Program-made: the position numbers and the translations under genes
Origin: an uncultured Acidobacteriaceae bacterium
GTDB lineage: Bacteria > Acidobacteriota > Terriglobia > Terriglobales > Acidobacteriaceae
NCBI GenBank assembly: GCA_963783805.1
Contig: CAWAPC010000014.1
Location: 97,910 to 161,909 of the forward strand
Direction of reading: 5' to 3'
Length of the DNA stretch: 64,000 nt
Notes under the pieces: generated by a model
The model's input: only the letters and a program-made list of their open reading frames with translations
The model's database searches: none
What the model was told of the DNA's origin: nothing
Part shown: one piece after another, positions 31,682 to 43,069 of the stretch
Numbering within the stretch: position 1 is the first letter of the stretch
Layout: every line of letters starts with the position of its first letter

Positions 31682-34600
31682 ATGATATCCACACATCTGC
31701 ACAAACGGGCAGCAAGCCGCCGGTCTTCACATTCAATCTATTTTGCTAACGTGACTTTGGCGCTGGGCGCGTTTTTTTTGGTTCTTCATGCGACTGCCGA
31801 AACTTCAAAGACGGCGCTGGAGGCCGGGCGGTTAAACAATGTTGGCGTCGCGCTGATGAACCAGCAGCTTACAGAAAAAGCTCTGGCAAAGTTTGAGGCT
31901 GCTCACAAGGCGGACCCTTCGGGGGCAATACCGGTGCTGAATGAGGGCATTGCCCTGCTCTATCTGCAGAAATTGCCGGAAGCTGAGACTGCATTGAAGC
32001 GGGCCGCGGCTATCGATCCGGACAACGCGCGTGCGTGGTATGCCTTGGGACTGACGCATCTTGACGCGGGTAATCCAAAGCTCGCGATTGACGATATGCA
32101 GCGCGTGGTGAAGATTGATCCTACGGATGCAGACGCACATTATTTTCTGGGTTCGTTTTATCTGAGCTTGAATGACTATCCCCATGCGAAGGAAGAATAT
32201 GAGGCGGCGCTGCGGTTGAATCCGCTTCATGCTTCGGCACAGTTTGGACTGGCGCGGGCGCTGCAGCGGATGGGGCAAGTCGATGCTTCGCACGAGCATT
32301 TGAAGCGCTTTCAGGAACTGGTGCAGACAAAGGTTTCGTCTCCGTTAAGCGCAGCGTATGGCGAACAGGGGCGATACGCGAAAGTTGAGGATATGATTGC
32401 GCCGCCAACAGCGGTGGGCGCGATGATTCCGGTAAAGTTTGAGGCGCAGCCGCTGCCGGGTGGCGCTGCTGGGGGCGGGGCGTGCATTCTGGGCATCGAG
32501 AGCGCGTCGAGCAAAGACCTGATTGTGATGGGGGAAGGCGCATCGGCAATCCGTGCTTACAAAAATGTTGGCGGGAAGTTCGAAGAGCTTTCCGCAGAGC
32601 AGACCGGCTTAAACGCGAGCGGCAGAGGCGTGGCCTGCGCGGTTGGTGATTATGATGCGGACGGATTGCCGGACCTGGCCGTCGCTATGAGCGATAGGGT
32701 CATTCTGTTTCACAATCTTGGCGGCGGAAAGTTCGCTGATGTTACGAAGGCCGTTGGGATTGAGACTCTGAACAATCCGTCGGGGCTGACCTTTATCGAC
32801 TTCGATCATGACGGCGATGTGGATTTGTTCGTTACCGGATCCTCTACTGGACACGGCGCGAATGTGCTTTGGCGGAACAACGGCAACTCTACTTTTACGG
32901 AATGGACGGGACCGACTGGGCTTGCGGGGAAAGATGCCACGACGGCTGTAACGCTCTCCGACATTAATAATGATCGGGCTGTGGACTTTGTCGTTGCTGG
33001 CTCGGCGGGCGCTCCGGTGATTTATGAGAATCAGCGCGAGGGCGCATTCAAGGCGGTTCCGTTATATACGGATGCGGGGCTGGCGGCTTCGCGCGGCGTT
33101 TCTGTCTTCGACTTCAACAAAGACGGATGGATGGATGTTGCGGTGACTCATGCGGGCGCTCCGGGCGTGAGCCTTTGGCGCAACGTTGATGGCAAGCGTT
33201 TTGAACGGGTTTCGCTTCCGCTGATGGGCGTGAAGGCGGCGTGGGGACTGACTCCAATCGATATTGATAACGACGGCTGGATTGATCTCGCAGTTTTGGT
33301 CGAGACGGACAAGGGCGCGGAGCTGCGCGTACTGCGGAACCGCGGCGCACAGGGCTTTGAGGATGTGAGCGCGGCGGTGGGTGCGGACAAGTTGACGCTG
33401 AAAGACCCGCGGTCGTTGATTGCCGCCGATGTGGATGGCGATGGCGCAGCGGATCTGATAGTAACGCAGGTTGGCGCCCCCCCAGTGGTGTTGCTCAACA
33501 TTGGTGGAAGCAAGAACCATTCCATTCGCATTGACCTGACGGGTCTGGCGGATAACAAGACTGCGATCGGCACGAAGGTCGAGGTTTTCGCAGACGGACT
33601 GTGGCAGAAGTTTGAGGTTGCGGGAGCCTCGGGCTATCTGGGGCAAAATGCCGGCGAGATCATTGCAGGTCTTGGACAGACGGACCATGTTGACGTGGTG
33701 CGGTTGTTGTGGCCAACGGGCGTACCTCAGGATGAGATTGATTTAGACCCGAATAAGCCTGTGGCGTTGAAAGAGCTGGATCGCAGGGGCAGCTCGTGTC
33801 CCGTGCTGTTTGCATGGGATGGGACACGGTACAAATTCATCTCCGATGTGATCGGCGCGGCGGTGGTCGGACACTGGGTTTCGCCTACGGCTACGAATGA
33901 GGCCGATCCGGATGAATGGATTAAGGTGGATGGTGCTGACCTGAAGGCGCGCAACGGACTGTACAGTCTGCGTTTTGGAGAACCGATGGAGGAGATCAAT
34001 TTTGTCGATCAGGTCCGGCTGGTCGCTGTCGATCATCCGGATGGAACTGAGGTTTATCCGGACGAGAGGTTTCTGAGCGAGGCTCCGTTTGCTTCGGGCA
34101 AGACAGTGGTGGTTTCGCCTTCGGCGCATCCGCCCGCCGGCGCATGGGATGACAAGGGCCGTGATGTTCGGGCGGTGCTGGCGAAGCGCGATCAACAGTA
34201 CGTGCGCGACTTCACCAACCTGAGCTATGCGGGGTATGCGAACATGCACTCGCTTACGCTGGATCTGGGCGCGTGGAGCCCGGAGAATCCGCTGCGGCTG
34301 CTGATGCACGGGTATATCGAGTACTTCAGCGCAAGCTCGATGTATGCGGCGTGGCAGGCTGGTCTGCAGCCGGTTCCTCCTTATGTTGAAGCGCAGATGC
34401 CGGATGGAAGCTGGAAGCGAATCATCAACGACATGGGATTTCCGGCAGGGCTGCCGCGCACGATTGTGGTGGATTTAACGGGCAAGCTGCCTGCGGGCGT
34501 GCGCAAGATTCGCCTGACGACCAATTTGCAGATTTACTGGGATCAGGCGCTGGTTGATAACGGTCCGAGCGAAGCAGCGAACGTGCGACAGATTGAGATG

Positions 34601-35104
34601 CCGCTGGCTACGGCGCGGCTGGCGTTTCGCGGCTATCCGCAGCAGGTGGAGGGCGCGACGCCGGGCGACCTGACCTATAACTATGAACGGATCAGCGCTA
34701 CCGGGCCTTTCCAGTGGCAGCGCGGCAGCTATACGCACTACGGCAATGTGACTCCTCTTCTCAACGCAATCGATAACCATTATGTGATTTTTGGCAGCGG
34801 CGAGGAGATCGATGCGGAGTTCAGTGGGGCGGCTCTACCTGCGCTGCCTGCCCACTGGAAGCGAGATTATTTCTTCTACGCGAATGGATTTGTGAAGGAC
34901 ATGGATTTTTATGAAGCGCTGCCCTTTACTGTGGCGCAGATGCCCTTCCATGGAATGAGCACGTATCCATATCCGGCGAGCGAGCATTATCCGGACGACG
35001 CGAAGTCGCTCGATTACCGCCTTGACTGGGATGATCGCTTTGAATCCGGCAGCCGGACGCAGCGGTTTCAATTCGACTATGAGCCTGTACACCTGAAACC
35101 GTGA
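31682..35104 (+). CDS. Secreted TPR + FG-GAP/VCBS + ASPIC/UnbV protein
   Basis: N-terminal TPR helices, repeated DxDxDGxxD Ca-binding motifs, AIGTKVEV..VRLLWPTG, SSCPVLFAWDG C-terminal domain. Confidence 0.85.
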   Translation: MISTHLHKRAASRRSSHSIYFANVTLALGAFFLVLHATAETSKTALEAGRLNNVGVALMNQQLTEKALAKFEAAHKADPSGAIPVLNEGIALLYLQKLPEAETALKRAAAIDPDNARAWYALGLTHLDAGNPKLAIDDMQRVVKIDPTDADAHYFLGSFYLSLNDYPHAKEEYEAALRLNPLHASAQFGLARALQRMGQVDASHEHLKRFQELVQTKVSSPLSAAYGEQGRYAKVEDMIAPPTAVGAMIPVKFEAQPLPGGAAGGGACILGIESASSKDLIVMGEGASAIRAYKNVGGKFEELSAEQTGLNASGRGVACAVGDYDADGLPDLAVAMSDRVILFHNLGGGKFADVTKAVGIETLNNPSGLTFIDFDHDGDVDLFVTGSSTGHGANVLWRNNGNSTFTEWTGPTGLAGKDATTAVTLSDINNDRAVDFVVAGSAGAPVIYENQREGAFKAVPLYTDAGLAASRGVSVFDFNKDGWMDVAVTHAGAPGVSLWRNVDGKRFERVSLPLMGVKAAWGLTPIDIDNDGWIDLAVLVETDKGAELRVLRNRGAQGFEDVSAAVGADKLTLKDPRSLIAADVDGDGAADLIVTQVGAPPVVLLNIGGSKNHSIRIDLTGLADNKTAIGTKVEVFADGLWQKFEVAGASGYLGQNAGEIIAGLGQTDHVDVVRLLWPTGVPQDEIDLDPNKPVALKELDRRGSSCPVLFAWDGTRYKFISDVIGAAVVGHWVSPTATNEADPDEWIKVDGADLKARNGLYSLRFGEPMEEINFVDQVRLVAVDHPDGTEVYPDERFLSEAPFASGKTVVVSPSAHPPAGAWDDKGRDVRAVLAKRDQQYVRDFTNLSYAGYANMHSLTLDLGAWSPENPLRLLMHGYIEYFSASSMYAAWQAGLQPVPPYVEAQMPDGSWKRIINDMGFPAGLPRTIVVDLTGKLPAGVRKIRLTTNLQIYWDQALVDNGPSEAANVRQIEMPLATARLAFRGYPQQVEGATPGDLTYNYERISATGPFQWQRGSYTHYGNVTPLLNAIDNHYVIFGSGEEIDAEFSGAALPALPAHWKRDYFFYANGFVKDMDFYEALPFTVAQMPFHGMSTYPYPASEHYPDDAKSLDYRLDWDDRFESGSRTQRFQFDYEPVHLKP

Positions 35105-36492
35105 GCGTTGCACTTCTTTCTGCCGTTGAACAGCTTGCCCTGCTCAGGCGAGGCGCTCTTTCGCCGCTCGAATTGGCCGAGGAACACATTCGACGGATCG
35201 AACGGCTAAATCCAGTGTTGAATGCGCTTGTGGACTTCGATGCTGAGCGGGTTCGCGCACAGGCGCGGCGGCAACAGCATGGACCGCTTGCGGGCTTGCC
35301 GGTCACGGTGAAGTCTTCGATTTCAGTCAAGGGCTACAAATGCGAGATCGGCAGCGTGCTCAATCGCGGTTTTGTTCCGGATGACGATGCGGAAGTGGTT
35401 GCGCGGCTTCGATCTGCGGGCGCAACTTTGCTGGGCACGACAAACTGTCCAGAATTTCTGATGGCTTACGAAACGGACAACCTTCTGTATGGCAGAACGG
35501 CGAATCCGTGGAATCTGGAGTACTCGGCCGGTGGATCGAGCGGGGGCGAGGCGGCTGCGATTGCGTCCGGACTTTCCGCCGGCGGACTGGGTAGCGACAG
35601 CGGCGGATCCGTGCGCGTGCCTGCTCATTTTTGCGGTATCTGTTCATTAAAACCCACACCGGGACGCGTGCCGGGGCGCGGTCATCTTCCGCCTTGCGTT
35701 GGGCCATTTTCGATTCTTGGCGCGATTGGACCGATGGCGCGAAAGATTTCCGATGTTGCGCTGCTGTTTCGCGTTTTGTCGGGGCAGGATGAGATTGACG
35801 CAGTCAGTGCGCCGGTGGAGTTTCGCGAGGTTTCGCTCGAAGATGCAAAACGCATTCCGATAGGGTGGTTTGAGGATGACGGGATCATTCCGGTGACGGA
35901 GGAGATCAGGCAGGCAGTTCGAGATGCGGCTGCTGCGCTGGAGCGACGCGGATTTGCTGTGAGGCAGTTTCGCCCTGAGTCGCTGGAAGCGGCGCGGAAG
36001 TTGTGGTGGAAATTTTTTGTACAGTGCGGCGCGATGTTCTATGCTCCTGCGATTCGCGGACGCGAAGAAGAATTAAGCCCGGTCTTTCAGGGGTTTCTTT
36101 CCATCGCGCGCGCTGCCACGCCTCTGTCCGCTGAGTCCCTGCTTGCAGCGTGGGCCGAATGCGATGTTGTGCGCGACAGGTTGCTGGCAGAGATGCAGAA
36201 CTGCCCCTTGCTGTTGACGCCAGTTTGCGCGACACCGGCGTTCCGGCACGGCGCGCGCGAATGGAAGATCGATGGAAGGACTGTCAAGTATCTGGATTCA
36301 ATGCGTTATACGCAGTGGTTCAATCTGATGGCGTCTCCGGCTGCGGTTGTTCCTGTGGGGCGTTCCCGGGAGGGGTTGCCGATCGGGGTGCAAGTGGCGG
36401 GGCGGCCATTTTCGGACGAGGCGGTGCTGACTGTTGCGGGTGCGCTGGATAATGAATTTGGCTATACCACGCCGCCGATCGCTACGATTTAA
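35101..36492 (+). CDS. Amidase-signature family enzyme
   Basis: GPLAGLPVTVK, GGSSGGEAAA, GSDSGGSVRVPA. Confidence 0.93.
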   Translation: MSVALLSAVEQLALLRRGALSPLELAEEHIRRIERLNPVLNALVDFDAERVRAQARRQQHGPLAGLPVTVKSSISVKGYKCEIGSVLNRGFVPDDDAEVVARLRSAGATLLGTTNCPEFLMAYETDNLLYGRTANPWNLEYSAGGSSGGEAAAIASGLSAGGLGSDSGGSVRVPAHFCGICSLKPTPGRVPGRGHLPPCVGPFSILGAIGPMARKISDVALLFRVLSGQDEIDAVSAPVEFREVSLEDAKRIPIGWFEDDGIIPVTEEIRQAVRDAAAALERRGFAVRQFRPESLEAARKLWWKFFVQCGAMFYAPAIRGREEELSPVFQGFLSIARAATPLSAESLLAAWAECDVVRDRLLAEMQNCPLLLTPVCATPAFRHGAREWKIDGRTVKYLDSMRYTQWFNLMASPAAVVPVGRSREGLPIGVQVAGRPFSDEAVLTVAGALDNEFGYTTPPIATI

Positions 36493-36701
36493 CGGACAAC
36501 TGCCGCCGGATGAATGACTTGCACGAGTTAATCCAGCTTCGAGCTTCGGGCTTCGGAATTCGTCGCGCCGGATAAATTTTTCTAACCCGCGCCACCTTTT
36601 TTGTGATCGTGCATCTTAGTGATTGTTAATTGCGACTCTGCTCGCCGGTTTCACTGTTCCCCATTACGATCTCGAAGCAACAAAGGACAGGGGCCAATTT
36701 T

Positions 36702-36983
36702 ATGAATCTGCCGCGGATCATCTTCAATTTCTTCTATGAAATTATCCTGGGTTGCAGTCATGAACACCAGACGCGTCCCTTTACTCTGCAACAGGAGACT
36801 TACAAAGTCTGCCTCGATTGCGGCAAACAAATGTACTACTCACCCGTTACGATGCGTCCCTTGAATGCGCGCGAAGTACGTCGCATGCACGCCATGCACG
36901 CGGGTGAAGTGCGGGTTATGGCGTCAAGCGCGGGTAGCCCGAAGCTGGTGCCGGCGCGAGAAAGAAAGTCGAACGCAGCCTAG
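36702..36983 (+). CDS. Small hypothetical protein with CxH..CxxC (zinc-binding-like)
   Basis: GCSHEHQTRPF...YKVCLDCGKQMYY; followed by a terminator. Confidence 0.7.
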   Translation: MNLPRIIFNFFYEIILGCSHEHQTRPFTLQQETYKVCLDCGKQMYYSPVTMRPLNAREVRRMHAMHAGEVRVMASSAGSPKLVPARERKSNAA

Positions 36984-37021
36984 GTTTTTCGGTAAATATT
37001 CAGTAAATATTCGTTAACGTT

Positions 37022-37049
37022 AAAAGGAGCGCATTCGTGCGCTCTTTTT
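37022..37049 (+). terminator. Intrinsic terminator
   Basis: AAAAG-GAGCGCA-ttcg-TGCGCTC-TTTTT. Confidence 0.85.
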
Positions 37050-37129
37050 ATTTGGGGAATCGCCCCGATACCGCCTTCGTATAATCAAAGCAGGTACTTC
37101 ATTTCTTTTGTCAGATTGGTTCCGCGTTT

Positions 37130-38074
37130 GTGATTGTTGAAATTACCGACCTCACCAAAATCTACCGCGACAAGCAGCAGAGCGTGACGGCGGTTGACGG
37201 AATTGACCTGGCGGTCGAACCGGGCGAGTTGTTTGGCTTGCTGGGGCCGAACGGCGCGGGCAAGACAACAACCATCGGCATTTGCACTACGCGCACGCTG
37301 CCGACTGCGGGCCGCGTCCTGATTGCGGGAGTGGATGTGGTTGCTCATCCCGCGCACACGCGGAGAAATATAGGCGTCGTACCGCAGTTCAACACGCTGG
37401 ACCGCTCACTGACGATCTTCGAGAACCTCTATTTTCATTGCAAGTACTTCGGCTTTAACGGAACGGAATCGAGCGAGCGCGCAAATGCGCTGCTAAAGCA
37501 GTTTCTGCTGCTGGAACGGGCGAAGAGTTTTCCTTCTCAGCTGTCCGGCGGTCTGCAACAGCGAGTGCAGATTGCACGCGCGATCGCGCACCGTCCGGCT
37601 GTGCTTTTTCTCGACGAGCCGAGTGCGGGTCTTGATCCACAGAGCCGGATTGCAATGTGGGATGCGGTACGCGGATTGCGCGCCGAGGGGATCACCGTCG
37701 TGTTGACTACGCACTACATGGAAGAGGCGGACGAGCTTTGCGATCGCGTGGCGATTATCGACCACGGTAAGGTGCTGGCTCTGGATTCTCCCGAACGGCT
37801 GAAAACAACTCTGGGTGCGAACACGATGATTGAACTGGCATTGCGATCGAACGAGTCGACGCGACCGCTCGCCGAGACGCTTCGGTCTCTGCCGCAGATC
37901 CGGACCGTGGAACCAATCGCCGGAGGGCTGCGACTGTTCGCGCAAGGGATCGATGGGCTGCTGCCTGAACTTGTGCAGGCAGCGCAGAGCTATGGAGTGC
38001 GGGACATATCGATCAACGAGCCCAGCCTGGAGACGGTTTTCATACGGCTGACGGGGAGAGATTTGCGTGAGTAG
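37130..38074 (+). CDS. ABC exporter ATP-binding protein (DrrA/NodI-like)
   Basis: GPNGAGKTT, LSGGLQQR, LDEP, TTHYMEEA, PSLETVF. Confidence 0.93.
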   Translation: MIVEITDLTKIYRDKQQSVTAVDGIDLAVEPGELFGLLGPNGAGKTTTIGICTTRTLPTAGRVLIAGVDVVAHPAHTRRNIGVVPQFNTLDRSLTIFENLYFHCKYFGFNGTESSERANALLKQFLLLERAKSFPSQLSGGLQQRVQIARAIAHRPAVLFLDEPSAGLDPQSRIAMWDAVRGLRAEGITVVLTTHYMEEADELCDRVAIIDHGKVLALDSPERLKTTLGANTMIELALRSNESTRPLAETLRSLPQIRTVEPIAGGLRLFAQGIDGLLPELVQAAQSYGVRDISINEPSLETVFIRLTGRDLRE

Positions 38075-38888
38075 CGCGTCCGTAATTCGCAAACAGAGAA
38101 GCGTTTCCTACTCCAGCGCATTTGCTGGATTGATGCTGCGCGACCTGCGCGTTCTGCGTCGCGAGATCGGGCCGTTTGTTGTCCGGATCGTAATGCAGCC
38201 GCTGCTGTTTCTTTTCGTGTTCACATCTCTATTCCCGCGCATTGGGCAGATGGGCGCAGTGGGGGGCGCAAATTTTGCCACGATCCTACTGCCGGGGTTA
38301 ATGGCGGTCGCGATCATGTTCAGCGGGATTGCCGCGGTCGCTCTACCGCTTTCGCAGGAGTTCGGCATTACACGGGAAATCGACGATCGGGTGATGTGTC
38401 CGCTACCAGTTGCGGCGGTGGCGATGGAGAAGGTTTGCTTCAGTGCGATCCAGAGCATTCTGGCGGCGCTGCTGGTATTGCCGCTGGCAGTATGGGTTCC
38501 GGCAACGCCTGTGTATGCCCATGTGGCGAGTTGGTCGATGCTGATTGCCACGCTTGTTCTGGCCAGCCTGGTGGCCGGCGCGCTGGGGCTTGCGATTGGC
38601 TCGAATGTGCGGCCGCAGCAGATCGGGCTGGTGTTTTCGATTGTAGTGGTGCCGATTACGTTTCTGGGCTGCGTGTACTATCCGTGGGCGGTGCTGGGCA
38701 ATGTGCGCTGGCTGCAGATCGCAGTACTTGCGAATCCAATCGTCTATATGAGCGAAGGTTTGCGAGCCGCACTCACTCCGGGTGTTCCCCATATGCCTTC
38801 GCTGCTGATCGTTTTTGCGCTGCTGGTTTCGCTCGCGGTGCTGGGCGGCGTTGGCCTTAAGGGATTCCTGCGAAAGGTCATTTCCTGA
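38067..38888 (+). CDS. ABC-2 permease
   Basis: Six TM helices, NPIVYMSEGLR; overlaps the ATPase. Confidence 0.9.
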   Translation: MSSASVIRKQRSVSYSSAFAGLMLRDLRVLRREIGPFVVRIVMQPLLFLFVFTSLFPRIGQMGAVGGANFATILLPGLMAVAIMFSGIAAVALPLSQEFGITREIDDRVMCPLPVAAVAMEKVCFSAIQSILAALLVLPLAVWVPATPVYAHVASWSMLIATLVLASLVAGALGLAIGSNVRPQQIGLVFSIVVVPITFLGCVYYPWAVLGNVRWLQIAVLANPIVYMSEGLRAALTPGVPHMPSLLIVFALLVSLAVLGGVGLKGFLRKVIS

Positions 38889-38996
38889 ATTGAAGGGATG
38901 GGACTCGTGTTGGCCCCGTCTTGGCGTGTCTGAGTTTAACCAAAAAGGTCTAATATAAGAGCCTCAGGGCATGTAGGGAAAGGCCTATAGTTTTCT

Positions 38997-41159
38997 ATGA
39001 TTTCGCGTTCTCATCGATATTTCGTGTCTCGCGCTTCCGGCGCTTCTCGTGCTTCTGGCGGGATGCGGCGTAGGCCAATTCGAGAGTTCGAGCGCGAACG
39101 GCGCGTTTTCGATTGCCGCATCTTCTTCGGCGACCAGTTCTAACGGTCAGATTCGATTCTCGGCACAGATGCCGTCAGGGGTGACTGCTCCCGTGGTGTG
39201 GTCGGTTACGGGTGGCGAGAATGCTTCTTCGCTGGGTGAAGGACATATTGACGCGACTGGGTTGTATACGGCTCCTTCTGCGCTTTCGCAGGACACGATT
39301 CGAATTCAAATAGCGGCCCACCTCAAGAATGCTCCTTCGCAGACCGCAAGCGCTGTCGTGAGCGTTACGCCGGGTTTTGTCCAACCGCTGCTGCCGGAGA
39401 ATGCCGCTCTGACAGCCGGAGCGACGCTGGAGGCGACCGCTGAGATTGCGGAGGTGAATTCGGGAACAGTGCATTGGACCTTATCGGGCGATGTGCCGAA
39501 CGGCGCCGATAAGGGTACCCTGAGCGATGCAACCTGTCAGCGCAGCCTTGATCAGTACACGACATGCAAGGTCAGCTACACTGCGCCTATCCTCATCGCC
39601 GAAAGCCACTGTTTATCTGAAAGCGACGGTCGATGGGTCTGCGACGACCGCTCCGCTGAAGATTCTGCTGAACGATGATGGCGTCAACAGCAGCCCGGTG
39701 ACCAATCAGGCAGTGCAGACTGGAGCCATTGCTCTGGGCGCTTCGGGCGGCCAACGACAACGACTATGACACCTATCAGGATGCAGCCGGCGAGTCCTAT
39801 ATCGCGGATTGCTGCGGCGGAACGCTCGGTGCTCTGGTAGAGGATGGCAAAAAGGAGCAGTACATCCTCAGCAACAATCATGTGCTTGCGGAATCCGATC
39901 AGGGGAGAACAGGAGACACGATCGATCAGCCGGGAATGATCGACGATGGCTGCGTTCCGATGAGCCATGCCGGATCGACGCTGCGTCCCGTTGGCACGCT
40001 GAAATATGCGGTTCCCCTGGCCACTCCGCAAAGCGACGTAGATGCGGCGCTGGCGTCGGTTGCGCCGGGCGCGGTCGATCCCGCCGGCAGCATTCTGCAA
40101 TTGGCGGCTCCTGTTAACCTCACCAGGGCAAACGAGTCGCTTGGCGCGTCTCCTCCGATGGGCGGCGTCGGCGAAGTTTTGAATGCAAGCAACCTGAACG
40201 GCTTGAAACTTGCAAAGAGCGGGCGCACAACAGGACTTACGTGCTCGACCGTTGCCGCCGTTGACCTGAGCGTGAAGGTTGATTACTTCAAGGATTGTGC
40301 TGAGACGCAGCCTTACTACACGAAGACATTCACGAACCAGATTGGCATTGCGGGAGACAGATTCTCGGACAGCGGCGACTCGGGCGCATTGGTTGTGAAT
40401 GCCGCGAATGCGGAGCCGGTGGGTCTGTTCTTTGCCGGGGGGACGGATGGCAACGGGCATGGACTCAGCATTGCCAACCCCATTGGCGAGGTGCTGCACG
40501 AGCTTGGCACGCAGACAGGCAGCAGCATGAGTATTGTCGGAACGGCGACACCGCACCCGGTGGCGTGCATTCGCTACGACACAAAGCCGCCTGACAACAG
40601 CGTTCCGGTTTCTGCGGCTGCGAAGGCTCGGGCGGAGTACGCAGCAGAGACGGCCGGCGCATCTCTGGTCAATCCGGAGAGCGGAATTCTGGGAGTGGGA
40701 AGCGGCAGAAGCCTGGACAGTCCCGGAGAAGCCGTTGTGGTTGTGTATACCGATAAGGCGAAGAGCTATGTGAGCGTGCCACAGACAGTGAATGGATTAC
40801 GAACACAGGTGATCGCCACCGATGCGGCAACGCTGGCTCGCAACGCCGCGCCCGCAGCCCCGGCGACTCCGGATGGGATTGATCTTTCCCCTAATATTCT
40901 GGCGGGAGCGGCGGCGGTTGAGCAGGAATATGCTCCGCGATTGTTGAAAGATCCGTCAATTTTTGGCGTTGGTGTGGCACAGAGCCTGGACAATCCTCAG
41001 GATCCGGCGTTACTGGTGCTCGTCGATCCGGATATCGCTCCGCGAGCCATGCCCGCGACCATCGGCGGCTTGCGCGTACGTTACATGAAGCTGCACCGCT
41101 TTCATGTGACTCGATCCAAATATGCGGGACTTGCATGCTGCGCCCAGTTGCGCGCTTAA
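38997..41159 (+). CDS. Lipoprotein with Ig-like domains and a trypsin-like (Nal1-type) serine protease, frameshifted
   Basis: Lipobox LLAGC; GTLGALV..LSNNHVLA (His), SDVDAA (Asp), FSDSGDSG (Ser); start and end uncertain. Confidence 0.72.
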
Positions 41160-43032
41160 GAAAATGACAGGAGCGGGAATTTCAGACCGCGGCCGGCTCG
41201 GACCGTGAGGGGAAGAAGACTGTAAAGACAGCTCCGGCAGGCGTTGCCGTTTTCTGCACGAGCCCGGCTTCGGACGCGAATATACCCGTCATGCTTGCTG
41301 ATGATTTCTGCGCTTACCCATAGGCCGAGGCCGGTTCCCGTCGCATCTTTGGTCGTGAAAAATGGTTCGAAGATATGGCGCTGCACTTCCGGGGTCATCC
41401 CTGATCCAGTATCCGCAACAGTAATGCGTATTCCTGTCTCTTCGGGACGAATCAGCGACCGCGCATAACGAATACGCAGCGACAAGCGGCCTCCGCCTGG
41501 TGTCATGGCATCGATCGCATTGCCGATCAAGTTGGCAAAGAGCTGCCGCAACTCCCCTGCGAAACAGAAAAGCTGCACGTCCTGCGCGTAGCGTCGGCAG
41601 ACTTCGACCCGCAAGGCGGTCATTCTCCCCTGGTGCAGCGTGAGCACGGAATCGAGCAGCTCGCAAACGTTAGACATGACCGGCAGCGTCGATTGCCGGT
41701 AGAAACGCAGCGTCTGCTGCGTGATCTCCGAGACGCGGGCGATTTCATGCGCGGCCTGGTCTGGCATACCGAGCAACTTCGTCATCAAGCGGCGCCTGTC
41801 GGATGAGAAAGAGCAAATTGGTTACTGCCTCCAGCGGATTATTGATCTCATGTGCGATGGATGCCGCGAGACGGCCTGCGGCGGCAAGCTTTTCTGTACG
41901 GCGCAAAGCATCTTCAGCGCGGCGGCGCTCAGTCGTCTCAACGAGGATCAGGCCGACCCATCGCACGCTATGACTCTCCGTGCGAACGGGATACACGTTT
42001 GTAAGCCAGCTTCGCGTTGCGGCCGACTCGGGGTCCGGTTCTCCTAACAGTTCCAGATTTTGCACAGTATGACCGTGTCTCGAAGACGGCTTGAATACTA
42101 TCGGCGACCAGTTTCGCAGCGTGGCCAGGGAATATCTCATCCACGGAGCGCCCGAGGTGGCGGCTTACCGGCAAATCATTCATGTTTGCGAGAAACTGAT
42201 TCACGCGCACAAAGCGGAACCGGCGATCGAAAAATGCGAATCCGATCGGGGCGTTAGCCAACATCGAATCCAGAAGCGCGAGGGTATCATTCAGGCCGGA
42301 ACGCTGCTCTTGAATTGAGGCGACCATCAGGTTAAAAGCCGTAGTCAGATCGGCGGCTTCATTTGCTCCTGTGACAGGCAGCGGGAAAGAGGCTATGTCT
42401 TCGGGGTCGCGGATGAGCTGGCGAGTGGCCCGCATCAGGACGCCGATCGGTCTTGCAATCGACCTGGCCATGAGGCTCGCGAAAATGGTGCAGCCCATCG
42501 CGCCGACGAGGGCCGACAACATCGTGACGGCGAGCAGTCTCCTGAGCTGGAGGCGATCCATCGTATCGTCCGGGTAAATCCAGACGAGTGCCTTCATGGC
42601 TCCGCCTACGCGGATGGGCGCAACCGCTTCGCGCGTTTTCTCGTCGATGGAAAATATGACGGGCTTGCTCAGTTCGCGCAGATAGATTCGCTCGCGCGAG
42701 GAGAGCGTGAGTTTGCCCTGCATTCCTGTTTCACTGCTGAACAACGTGCGACCTTGCAAGTCTGTGATTTGAATGGAACGAATGCTGGGGGCATCGCGCA
42801 TCGCAGCGAGGATGTGATCGAGCGTGCTGTATTGATTGGCCGCCATTGCGGCGTTTGCCTGAATGGCAAGGAGCGACGCCTGGTATTCGAGCCGGCGGTA
42901 GGTACGAGTCTGCAATTCCTTGCGCTGCTCGCGCACGAGCAGGAGGGAAACGACGGCCAGAACTAAGATCTCAAAGAAGATCAGACCGCTCATGAGCTGA
43001 CCGCGGATAGTGCGAGGTTTCAGCGATGGCAT
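41156..43032 (-). CDS. Sensor histidine kinase (HAMP-PAS-HisKA-HATPase), frameshifted
   Basis: AHEINNPL, LRQLFANLIGNA, DTGSG, FFTTK, GTGLGL; pieces in three frames. Confidence 0.88.
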
Positions 43033-43069
43033 ACCGAGCCATTTCGACTAGACAACACGAGCGCTCCGT

